Source: Minisyncoccota bacterium | Lineage (GTDB): Bacteria > Patescibacteriota > Minisyncoccia > Phycocordibacterales > UBA9973 | Reading direction: 5' to 3' | Length of the DNA stretch: 64,000 nucleotides | Assembly: GCA_018062425.1 (NCBI GenBank) | Contig: JAGOSH010000001.1 | Span: forward strand, 16,039 to 80,038 | Shown here: one piece after another, positions 1 through 7,782 of the stretch | How the letters are laid out: each line of letters starts with the position of its first letter | Numbering within the stretch: position 1 is the first letter of the stretch | Translations under genes and position numbers: made by a program | Notes under the pieces: generated by a model | Seen by the model: only the letters and a program-made list of their open reading frames with translations | Databases searched by the model: none | Told to the model about the DNA's origin: nothing

Positions 1-2118
1 CAGGCAGAAAAACATTATAGAAACGCACAGGAATATTATGACAATGCCACCGGCGAAGATAAACAAGCAGCGCTCGAAGCATTGAACGGTGCAAAAGCAG
101 AGTTAGATTTTCAGAGAAAATACTTGGAAGGTGTTGCTAATGGAACAATAGTAGCCACTGAGGCTCCTATAGATTCAGTAGAGTCTCAGGTAAAAACAGA
201 TACTATTACTCGTCAATCTACTTACACACCACTAGAAAAAGACACAACAATAACAACAACAACACCGGAAACAACTGTAAAATCTGACTCCCTAGAAGTA
301 GCTTCAGCTAAAGCAAGAGAAGCTCAGAAAGTTTATGAGGAAGCTTTAGAAAAGCAAAGAAATGCAAAGACATATGGAGAAAATGCATCCGCAGAAACTG
401 AATTAGCACGGGCGAAAGAAGAATCCCTGTCAGCAAATAAAAAACTAGAAGAAACTGCGAAGGCTTATCGAGAACAAAAGAACGCTCCTCAAAGTGAACA
501 ATCTGAACCTTCAAAGAGAACACCCAAAACAGAACGACCTACTACCAAAGCACCTAAAGCAGAGAGAGGAGAAGACAGGGCGACCACAACCGAAGACAGT
601 GATGAAAAAGCAAAAGCCAGAGTTAACGAGCGTCCTATAAAACGTGTTAGACAAGACACCGGCAGTACAGAAGCAAAACCACGAAGTGTTCCATCTGCCC
701 CAGAAACAAAAGCAACTGTCGGCGACATGGATCCGAATGCAGTAGTCGGCGAAGGCGAGGGTGTGACTTTTGCATTCAAACATCAAATCGAAGCTGACCC
801 AGCACTCGGTGAAGCACTCAAAAAACAAATCGGCTACGAGGGTAAAATTGGAACAAAAGCATTTTACGAAGCACTTGGTAAAGAGTTCGGATATATAAAA
901 CCAAATGGTGAGTGGATTGGCGTTAGCGAAGGCGACGTAGCAGCATACAAATTCGTAAAGGTTGGGGACTCATATAAAGTGTACGAGTATCACCTAAAAG
1001 GCACTGAATGGGAAATTGTTGAAAGGCATAACGCAGATAATAATTTCGAAGGTGAAGACTACGAAAAAGAATACGAATATTTGAACGAGCCAAAAAGGAA
1101 GCCTGAGGTTGCGAGTGGTGACGAGGAAGAAAATCCTCAATTCGCGAAACCCGAAGACCAAACAAACAGATCTCTCAACACTGAGCAGTTTGCACCTCCG
1201 TCAAAAACACCACCGTTAGATGAAAATGCAGTACACAAAGCTCAATTTGCTAAACCTACTAACCCACCAAAAACAAAAAGTGTATTACCTGATGACAATC
1301 GAATTAAAACTAAAACTGTATCCAGAACAGAAAAAGTAATTCCTACTGTAGAAAAAGGAAAACCTGTAGTTTTGGAGTCCGACAAACAAGACGTGAAGTG
1401 GACCATCGAACCCGGACCACCGGATGGACGACCGACATTAGTAGAGGACTTCAAGCTCGTCGGACCGAAAGCTTTACGTATGTTTGCAGACAGATACGGA
1501 TATGAAAATTTGACCGCAAGTCAGGTAGACTTCGTAGGTCAAAGATACCGATTTAATTTAAATAAAATATTTGAGAAGAGTAGCGACTGGACCGACAAAT
1601 GGAGCAAAGAGTCTGCTACCCGACTACTGCGCATGGACGTAGGAAGTGAAGTCAAAGGTAACAAAGAAGAATTGAGTACTTATATAAAAATGTTGCACGA
1701 CGCAGTGAAGGCATCTGGCAAAAAGATGGAGCCGTTCAACGACGGATTCGTAGGCAACAAAGAAACTACTAAGGACTATATCCTCCGCATGTTGTTCGAA
1801 CTCGAAAAGCGCGGCAAGCTCGATGCCTTCAATGACAAGTTCGATGCGTTCGTGGAAGGTGCAAGCAAACCAGAAGCAGAAGTTTCTGTTGGGGATGCCG
1901 CAGATCAAATTGATTTTGGAAAAGTATATATGTACGAATTGTGGCAAAGATATGCCAATACACCAGAATCATTAAGTGAAGACGAACTTGCCTTTGTAGA
2001 GAAAACTGAAGCATTAGGTAAGAAACTAGATAGTAAATCTACCACTCTAGAAGCTAGTGAAACCGCAGAACACTATATGAAAAGATTAGAGGGTTTAGTG
2101 AAAAGTAAATCTAAATAA
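1..2118 (+). CDS. hypothetical Lys/Glu-rich coiled-coil protein, 5' end outside window
   Basis: Frame 1 is open from nt 1 with no upstream stop, so the listed M at 82 is internal. Low-complexity K/E/A-rich N-region, no recognisable catalytic motif. Convergent with the next gene. Confidence 0.55.
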   Translation, partial: QAEKHYRNAQEYYDNATGEDKQAALEALNGAKAELDFQRKYLEGVANGTIVATEAPIDSVESQVKTDTITRQSTYTPLEKDTTITTTTPETTVKSDSLEVASAKAREAQKVYEEALEKQRNAKTYGENASAETELARAKEESLSANKKLEETAKAYREQKNAPQSEQSEPSKRTPKTERPTTKAPKAERGEDRATTTEDSDEKAKARVNERPIKRVRQDTGSTEAKPRSVPSAPETKATVGDMDPNAVVGEGEGVTFAFKHQIEADPALGEALKKQIGYEGKIGTKAFYEALGKEFGYIKPNGEWIGVSEGDVAAYKFVKVGDSYKVYEYHLKGTEWEIVERHNADNNFEGEDYEKEYEYLNEPKRKPEVASGDEEENPQFAKPEDQTNRSLNTEQFAPPSKTPPLDENAVHKAQFAKPTNPPKTKSVLPDDNRIKTKTVSRTEKVIPTVEKGKPVVLESDKQDVKWTIEPGPPDGRPTLVEDFKLVGPKALRMFADRYGYENLTASQVDFVGQRYRFNLNKIFEKSSDWTDKWSKESATRLLRMDVGSEVKGNKEELSTYIKMLHDAVKASGKKMEPFNDGFVGNKETTKDYILRMLFELEKRGKLDAFNDKFDAFVEGASKPEAEVSVGDAADQIDFGKVYMYELWQRYANTPESLSEDELAFVEKTEALGKKLDSKSTTLEASETAEHYMKRLEGLVKSKSK

Positions 2119-2135
2119 TTCTGCCTAAAAAGCTA

Positions 2136-2171
2136 AAACCACCTTTTGCTTGATGCTGAGGTGGTTTGTTG
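2136..2171. terminator. intrinsic terminator hairpin between convergent genes
   Basis: AAACCACC-16nt loop-GGTGGTTT followed by a T-rich run, lying between the stop at 2118 and the minus-strand gene end at 2214. Confidence 0.5.
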
Positions 2172-2213
2172 CTTTAATGATTTTTTTTAAAATGCTTAAT
2201 TTTTGGTTGATGG

Positions 2214-2771
2214 TTAGTTTCGGCCGGGAGCAACGGCGGTGGGCGCAGATTCTTTTTTGAAAGGGATTGCGACAACCGACTTGTTGATGACGGTGTATGG
2301 ATACTTACCAAAAGTAATGTCTGTGGCGTTGACCCGGAAGTTTCCATCGGGGCTGGCGGTAAATGTAAAATACAAGTATTCCTGACCTGGGGGGTGTACA
2401 CACACCCGGAATTCAGAAATTGTATTTCCATTTTTTACTACGCCATCTTTCAAGATAACGCCACGGGTGCCGGGTGCAACGACAAAGTCGGTGAAGGTCA
2501 TAAAAGTGGCCACTCCTTTTGCATCCACGGTCCAGGTACCTGGAACCTTCGGGCGAATTTTAATGGTGTCTTTTACAACAATTCCAATTTCTTTTATTCC
2601 GAGAACCTCGAACAGTCCGAGGGTTTGGATAGTTTGATTCGATACAGTAACCTCTGCATTGGTGGCAAGAAGAGGTGCTGCTACCGGCTTTCCGAACTGA
2701 TCGGTTTGGGCGTTGAGGGTGGTGGAGAAAAAAGAAAGGAAAAGGATGGTGGTGATGCTGAGCGTACGCAT
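2214..2771 (-). CDS. hypothetical secreted protein with signal peptide
   Basis: The N-terminus MRTLSITTILFLSFFSTTLNA has signal-peptide character and the rest is beta-rich. Confidence 0.55.
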   Translation of the reverse strand: MRTLSITTILFLSFFSTTLNAQTDQFGKPVAAPLLATNAEVTVSNQTIQTLGLFEVLGIKEIGIVVKDTIKIRPKVPGTWTVDAKGVATFMTFTDFVVAPGTRGVILKDGVVKNGNTISEFRVCVHPPGQEYLYFTFTASPDGNFRVNATDITFGKYPYTVINKSVVAIPFKKESAPTAVAPGRN

Positions 2772-2998
2772 GGTGTTTAGTATTTTAAACTAGTGATGAG
2801 TGGAATTGTTGATTCCAGACCCTGTTGTGTTTGAAAAACAAAATAGGAGCTAGATCCAACAATCACTCACACAGCCTGCGCAGCGCTCGCTACGAGAGAA
2901 AAAATTAAGCATTTTCAAGGTACTGTAACTTACGTATTATAGCATATAAACATGCCTTTTGTCAAGTGCTAATATTTGGATATGCTATAATCATTTTC

Positions 2999-5032
2999 AT
3001 GGAAGAACATCTAAAAGGACTCAACCCAATGCAGCGGGAAGCGGCGTTACACAAGGACGGACCACTTTTAATTGTGGCTGGTGCTGGTGCAGGCAAGACA
3101 AAGACTGTGGTACACAGGATGGTGAATCTTGTTAAACAAGGCGTGGAACCAGGGAGAATCCTGGCGGTAACGTTTACCAACAAAGCCGCCAAGGAAATGC
3201 GCGAGAGAACAGTGAAGGAAATGGAGAAACATGGGGAGGTACAGGATGGTATTCCGTTCGTTTCGACGTTTCACTCGCTAGGAGTGTTTATCATTAAAGA
3301 AAATGCCACGTTAATCGGATTAACAAAACACTTCAGTATATTGGACGACGGGGACACAAATTCAATTATAAAGGACATCCTAAAGGACATTGGAGTTGAT
3401 CCAAAACAATATGACCCTAAGAAAATCAAAAACATTATCTCCCGAGAGAAGGGGAAGTTTGTGAAACATGGGGAATACCGGGAGCGGAGCGAGAATTTCG
3501 GTAGTGGTATCGAACAGATTGTGGCCCAAGTTTGGGAAAAATATGAAAGCAGAAAGAAGACCGAGAACAGCCTAGACTTCGATGATCTATTGGTAAAGAC
3601 GGTTGAACTTTTGAAAGGCAACGAACAAGTGCGTGAACACTACCAGAGTAAATGGGAGTACATACATATAGATGAGTATCAGGATACGAACGAAGTGCAG
3701 TATCTGATGTCGAAAATTCTGGCGGATAAAAACAAAAACATTTGTGCGGTGGGTGATGCGGATCAGAACATTTATTCTTGGCGTGGTGCAAATTTGAAAA
3801 ACATTCTAAGTTTTGAGAAAGATTATAAAAATGCAAAGATTGTGTTGTTGGAAGAAAATTATCGTTCCACTCAGAACATCCTCGAAGCCGCGAATGAAGT
3901 GATCAAGAAAAATCAATTTCGTCCCGACAAAAATTTGTTCACCAAAAATAAAGAAGGGGAGAAGTTGTCCCTCTATGAAGCACTCGATGAATCCGACGAA
4001 GCAGAATTTGTAGCGGTGAAAGTTTTGGAGATACGAGATGGCTCCGTCGATGCAAACTTTTCTCAGGTCCTCGGAAACAATCCCCAGACCAGTTCGAAAA
4101 GTTTCATCGACTACGCAAAACCGAGCGACAACACTTTGTCCGAAATAGCAGTTTTGTATCGGGCGAATTTTCAGTCGCGAATTTTAGAAGAAGCGATGCT
4201 CCGCTACAACATCCCGTACCAAGTACTCGGAGTTAAATTCTTCGAACGAAAAGAAATCAAAGACACCCTCGCATACTTGCGAGCAGCACTGAATCCAGAA
4301 AACTTGGCTGACATAAAACGTATCATCAACTTCCCAGCACGAGGCATCGGCAAAACAACCTTGGCAAAAATTTTCGCCGGACAAAAAAGTGAACTACCGA
4401 TAAAAATGCAGATCAAGCTACAAAACTTTTATGAACTACTCGAAGAAATAAAAAATATAATTGAAAAAGAAAAACCGTCCGAAGTTATAAAATATGTTAT
4501 CAAGAAAACCGGCATCGAAGACGAGCTCCTTTCTGGTGGGGAAGAAGAAATGGAAAGACTCGAGAACATCAAAGAGTTGGCCACTCTCGCTCTGAAATAT
4601 GATTCTCTGGAAAATGGTTTAGGTACAGAAAAATTGTTGGAAGATGCGGCACTGGCCTCGGACCAAGATTCACTGATTATAAATACCAACTCCGCAAGAC
4701 GAGATGTAGTAGAGAATAAAGTTAAGTTGATGACTGTGCATGCTGCGAAGGGTCTCGAGTTTGATTATGTGTTTGTTGTCGGACTCGAAGATGGATTGTT
4801 TCCTAATCAGCGAAGTGGAGATGTGAAGAGCGGAGAAGATAGCGAAGAAGAGCGGAGATTGTTTTACGTAGCACTCACTCGAGCTCGCGAAAAGATTTAT
4901 CTATCATTTGCGAACTACCGCACAATATTCGGTTCACGTCAGATAAACGCACCATCTGAATTTCTAAACGACATACCCGGTGACTTGATTGAACGCGAAC
5001 GTGGTAATATATTGAAGACTATATATTTATAA
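2999..5032 (+). CDS. pcrA: ATP-dependent DNA helicase, UvrD/PcrA/Rep family (SF1)
   Basis: Walker A GAGAGKT, a DEYQDTN motif II, and the CAVGDADQNIYSWRGA and VHAAKGLEFD motifs. The start is taken at ATG 2999 (MEEHLKGLNPMQREA...); the listed 2966 start is a GTG lying inside a TATAAT box at 2984-2989. Confidence 0.85.
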   Translation: MEEHLKGLNPMQREAALHKDGPLLIVAGAGAGKTKTVVHRMVNLVKQGVEPGRILAVTFTNKAAKEMRERTVKEMEKHGEVQDGIPFVSTFHSLGVFIIKENATLIGLTKHFSILDDGDTNSIIKDILKDIGVDPKQYDPKKIKNIISREKGKFVKHGEYRERSENFGSGIEQIVAQVWEKYESRKKTENSLDFDDLLVKTVELLKGNEQVREHYQSKWEYIHIDEYQDTNEVQYLMSKILADKNKNICAVGDADQNIYSWRGANLKNILSFEKDYKNAKIVLLEENYRSTQNILEAANEVIKKNQFRPDKNLFTKNKEGEKLSLYEALDESDEAEFVAVKVLEIRDGSVDANFSQVLGNNPQTSSKSFIDYAKPSDNTLSEIAVLYRANFQSRILEEAMLRYNIPYQVLGVKFFERKEIKDTLAYLRAALNPENLADIKRIINFPARGIGKTTLAKIFAGQKSELPIKMQIKLQNFYELLEEIKNIIEKEKPSEVIKYVIKKTGIEDELLSGGEEEMERLENIKELATLALKYDSLENGLGTEKLLEDAALASDQDSLIINTNSARRDVVENKVKLMTVHAAKGLEFDYVFVVGLEDGLFPNQRSGDVKSGEDSEEERRLFYVALTRAREKIYLSFANYRTIFGSRQINAPSEFLNDIPGDLIERERGNILKTIYL

Positions 5033-5110
5033 AAGCACGAGCTATGAATTTTTCGAGTGGTGGCGATGCAAAGCAGGATATCCCGAGAAAAATTTGATAG
5101 CTTGTGCTTT
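5032..5110. repeat. 13-bp-stem inverted repeat (AAAGCACGAGCTA / TAGCTTGTGCTTT) holding copy 1 of a 46-bp repeat (5050-5095) in its loop
   Basis: Stem read directly from the sequence. The loop core TTTTCGAGTGGTGGCGATGCAAAGCAGGATATCCCGAGAAAAATTT matches 5421-5466 at 43/46. Confidence 0.7.
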
Positions 5111-5117
5111 CGCTAAA

Positions 5118-5969
5118 ATGCAAAAACATAAAGCAAAAAAATCATTGGGGCAAAACTTTTTAAAGTCAGAACAAGCCTTGCGCGAGATAGTCAAAGCGGG
5201 GGACATCACCCAAAGTGACACGGTCCTTGAAATAGGACCAGGCAAAGGCGCACTAACCGAAAGACTCTTGGAAAGCTCGGGCCGTGTGATAGCCATAGAA
5301 AAAGACCGTGAACTGGTAACTTTTTTGAATGAGAAATTTAAAGAAGAAATAGAAAACAAAAAACTAATTTTGGTAGAAGGAGATATTTTAGAACTGACTG
5401 TAAGCGAGATGCTTCCAAGCTTTTCGAGTGGTGATGATGCAAAGCAGGATATCCCGAGAAAAGTTTCGGAAGCATCTCGCTATAAAATCATCGCCAACAT
5501 ACCATACAATATAACAGGAGCTATCTTGAAAAAGTTCCTAACAGAGGAAAAACAACCTGAATTAATGGTGCTTTTGGTCCAAAAGGAAGTCGCTGACCGG
5601 ATAATCGCCAGAGATAGTAAAGAAAGCCTGTTATCAATTTCAGTGAAAGTTTACGGCACCCCTACATATATAATGAAGGTTGGAGCCAGATATTTCAGCC
5701 CAGCCCCCAAAGTAGACTCTGCAGTAATCAAAATAAACAACATTTCTCGAGAATTTTTCAATAAAAACAAGATCGCCGAGGCACTGTTCTGGGAATTAGC
5801 TCGAGCTGGCTTCGCCCACAAGAGGAAAGTACTGTCCGGCAACCTGAGATCTTGGCGGTCCACGGTAAACTGGCAGAAACTTTTAACTGACTCAAAAGTT
5901 CCAAAGAATGCTCGTGCAGAGGATTTATCCCTTGATGATTGGATTTCCATTTTAAAACACTTGGAATAA
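5118..5969 (+). CDS. rsmA: 16S rRNA (adenine1518/1519-N6)-dimethyltransferase RsmA/KsgA
   Basis: The SLGQNFL hallmark, the SAM-binding LEIGPGKGALT motif and NIPYNI. The start is taken at ATG 5118 (MQKHKAKKSLGQNFL); the listed start is TTG. The gene contains an in-frame repeat insertion at 5404-5480. Confidence 0.85.
   Translation: MQKHKAKKSLGQNFLKSEQALREIVKAGDITQSDTVLEIGPGKGALTERLLESSGRVIAIEKDRELVTFLNEKFKEEIENKKLILVEGDILELTVSEMLPSFSSGDDAKQDIPRKVSEASRYKIIANIPYNITGAILKKFLTEEKQPELMVLLVQKEVADRIIARDSKESLLSISVKVYGTPTYIMKVGARYFSPAPKVDSAVIKINNISREFFNKNKIAEALFWELARAGFAHKRKVLSGNLRSWRSTVNWQKLLTDSKVPKNARAEDLSLDDWISILKHLE
5404..5480. repeat. copy 2 of the 46-bp repeat (5421-5466), flanked by the 13-bp inverted repeat GCGAGATGCTTCC / GGAAGCATCTCGC, inside the rsmA coding sequence
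   Basis: Seen directly. The rsmA reading frame stays open through it and the insertion encodes roughly SEMLPSFSSGDDAKQDIPRKVSEASRYK. The central octamer GGATATCC is a perfect palindrome. Confidence 0.7.
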
Positions 5970-6005
5970 AAACAAAGTGCTAGTATAATATTTAAATATA
6001 AAAAC

Positions 6006-6809
6006 ATGATTACCTTTCCTAAAAAATGGTTTTTTCTTTCTGCTGTTCTGCTTTTTATAGTAGTACCTGTTTTGTTTGTCTTGGCATTTATTACTGAAGT
6101 AAAAACTCTACCAGAAAGCAACATAGGACAAACTGAGGTTACTTTAAATGGTAGAATCACTGCAAGTGGAAACATCCCAGTACTTGGTCATTTTCGATAT
6201 ACTAAAACCGCTACTGCTAGTTGCATTAATATGCAAAACGAAACTAACACTCCCGACCAAACACTTGTTAATAACTCAGGAACTTATTTGTTTAGTCACA
6301 ATCTAACGGGCCTACAATCGGGAACCACTTATTATTACTGTGCCATCGGCACACAAGGCGGCGTAAGCCAATTCGGAAACGTTGAGAGTTTCATAACCAA
6401 CACAAACGGTGGGGGTAATAATGGGGGTCCGAGCTTTGGAGGGGGTTTCGGCTCTGGATCAAGTAATAGCTCTGTTACAACTACAAGTTTACAAAAACAA
6501 TTCTCTGGAATTATCATAAAATTAAAAGCAAAAGAAATCGAGGCTTTGGAAAACGCTAACTATGCGTGTGCTGTACCGGGCACATCAATCGAAATTAGGC
6601 CCAAAGGAATGAAAGGTTTCCAGCAAACAAGTTACATAATACCTGCTGCGACCATCTCGAAAACAAAACACGCTCCTTCCGTAAACCAACAAATAGTAGG
6701 TAAATACAGTGGAAAAACCTCGGTAACCTGTATTTTCCAAGGCGAACCCCCACTCGAAGAAACCGTTACTTTAAACACAATAAAGATGTATGGTAATTCT
6801 GCTCAGTAA
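6006..6809 (+). CDS. hypothetical membrane-anchored or secreted protein with a TxYYYCA motif domain
   Basis: N-terminal hydrophobic segment. The motif GTTYYYCAIG is shared with three or four repeats in the 10579-14076 protein. A Gly/Ser/Asn low-complexity linker follows. Confidence 0.5.
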   Translation: MITFPKKWFFLSAVLLFIVVPVLFVLAFITEVKTLPESNIGQTEVTLNGRITASGNIPVLGHFRYTKTATASCINMQNETNTPDQTLVNNSGTYLFSHNLTGLQSGTTYYYCAIGTQGGVSQFGNVESFITNTNGGGNNGGPSFGGGFGSGSSNSSVTTTSLQKQFSGIIIKLKAKEIEALENANYACAVPGTSIEIRPKGMKGFQQTSYIIPAATISKTKHAPSVNQQIVGKYSGKTSVTCIFQGEPPLEETVTLNTIKMYGNSAQ

Positions 6810-7753
6810 TGAAAAAATTTAAATTCAAAATTAAAATAAACCCTGCCTATAAAAAATACTTGCCGAGCAAGAGTTTTACTATATTTGTCGGAGGCGGTAT
6901 TACCCTGGTAATAATCGTTTCCGTTATTTTTGGTTTAGCTAAAGGTAAAGAAAACTTCTCCGCCCTCAAAACACAAGATTTGAAAACAGATGGTTCGACT
7001 TTGTCGGATTTGCTTCAAACCGACACCGACCTCGATGGAGTTTTGGACTGGGAAGAAGCCCTTTGGGGGACAGACAAAACCCTGAAAGCAACATTCAACG
7101 CAACCCCAGACGCGATTTATGTAAAACAAAAGAAAGACGCTTTAGCCACAGAAGACGATAGTGAAGGCTTAAATGAGACAGACAAGTTCGCGCGGTCATT
7201 TTTTGCTTCATATTTGGCACTCGAATCTGCTGGTGAAGACCCAGAGACGATAAAAAATCTAGGTCGTGCAGTAGGAGAGAAAATCGGTGACCCAAACTTG
7301 GTAGACGTTTTCGCCGAAGGGGATGCGAAGGTGGTGGTGGGTACTGATATCTCGGATGTAAAAAAATACTATACCGCAATCCAGGAAGTTTTCGACAAGT
7401 ACAGGGAAACAGGCATGGGTGACGAAATTGATATTGTAAACTCTGGACTCGTCAGTGCTCAAGATAAACTAGACTCAGTCAACAGGAACAAATTAGAACG
7501 CACGAGTAAAACCTACAAAGATTTCGCGGATGAAATGATGAAGATTAGCGTACCCCGAGAATACATAAGCGCCCACGTAAAAATGGCAAATAGTGCTTAT
7601 AATACAGGTGTTTCGGTCTTATCGATGACAAAAATAGTTGACGATCCGATTGTTGGGTTAGGCGGTATAACTCAATATCAAAAGTACAGCGAGGATTTTG
7701 TAAAAGCCGCAGGGGATTTAGACGAGGAATTAGCCCAGGTATTGGAAGAATAA
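6809..7753 (+). CDS. hypothetical membrane-anchored protein
   Basis: Its start overlaps the previous stop (TAATG). One N-terminal TM helix, a DTDLDGVLDWEE acidic motif, no catalytic motif. Confidence 0.5.
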   Translation: MKKFKFKIKINPAYKKYLPSKSFTIFVGGGITLVIIVSVIFGLAKGKENFSALKTQDLKTDGSTLSDLLQTDTDLDGVLDWEEALWGTDKTLKATFNATPDAIYVKQKKDALATEDDSEGLNETDKFARSFFASYLALESAGEDPETIKNLGRAVGEKIGDPNLVDVFAEGDAKVVVGTDISDVKKYYTAIQEVFDKYRETGMGDEIDIVNSGLVSAQDKLDSVNRNKLERTSKTYKDFADEMMKISVPREYISAHVKMANSAYNTGVSVLSMTKIVDDPIVGLGGITQYQKYSEDFVKAAGDLDEELAQVLEE

Positions 7754-7782
7754 GTTTTTTTTAAGTTATAATACTAAAATAG

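Noticed and set aside
308-1454. Minus-strand ORFs inside the first gene (308-523, 489-779, 511-828, 923-1165, 1242-1454)
   Set aside because: They are antisense to a long, well-supported plus-strand ORF and have low-complexity Ser/Cys/Phe-rich translations. They are shadow ORFs.
2394-2780. Plus-strand ORF antisense to the secreted-protein gene at 2214-2771
   Set aside because: It overlaps the minus-strand gene completely, and its odd Gly/Cys-rich translation marks it as a shadow ORF.
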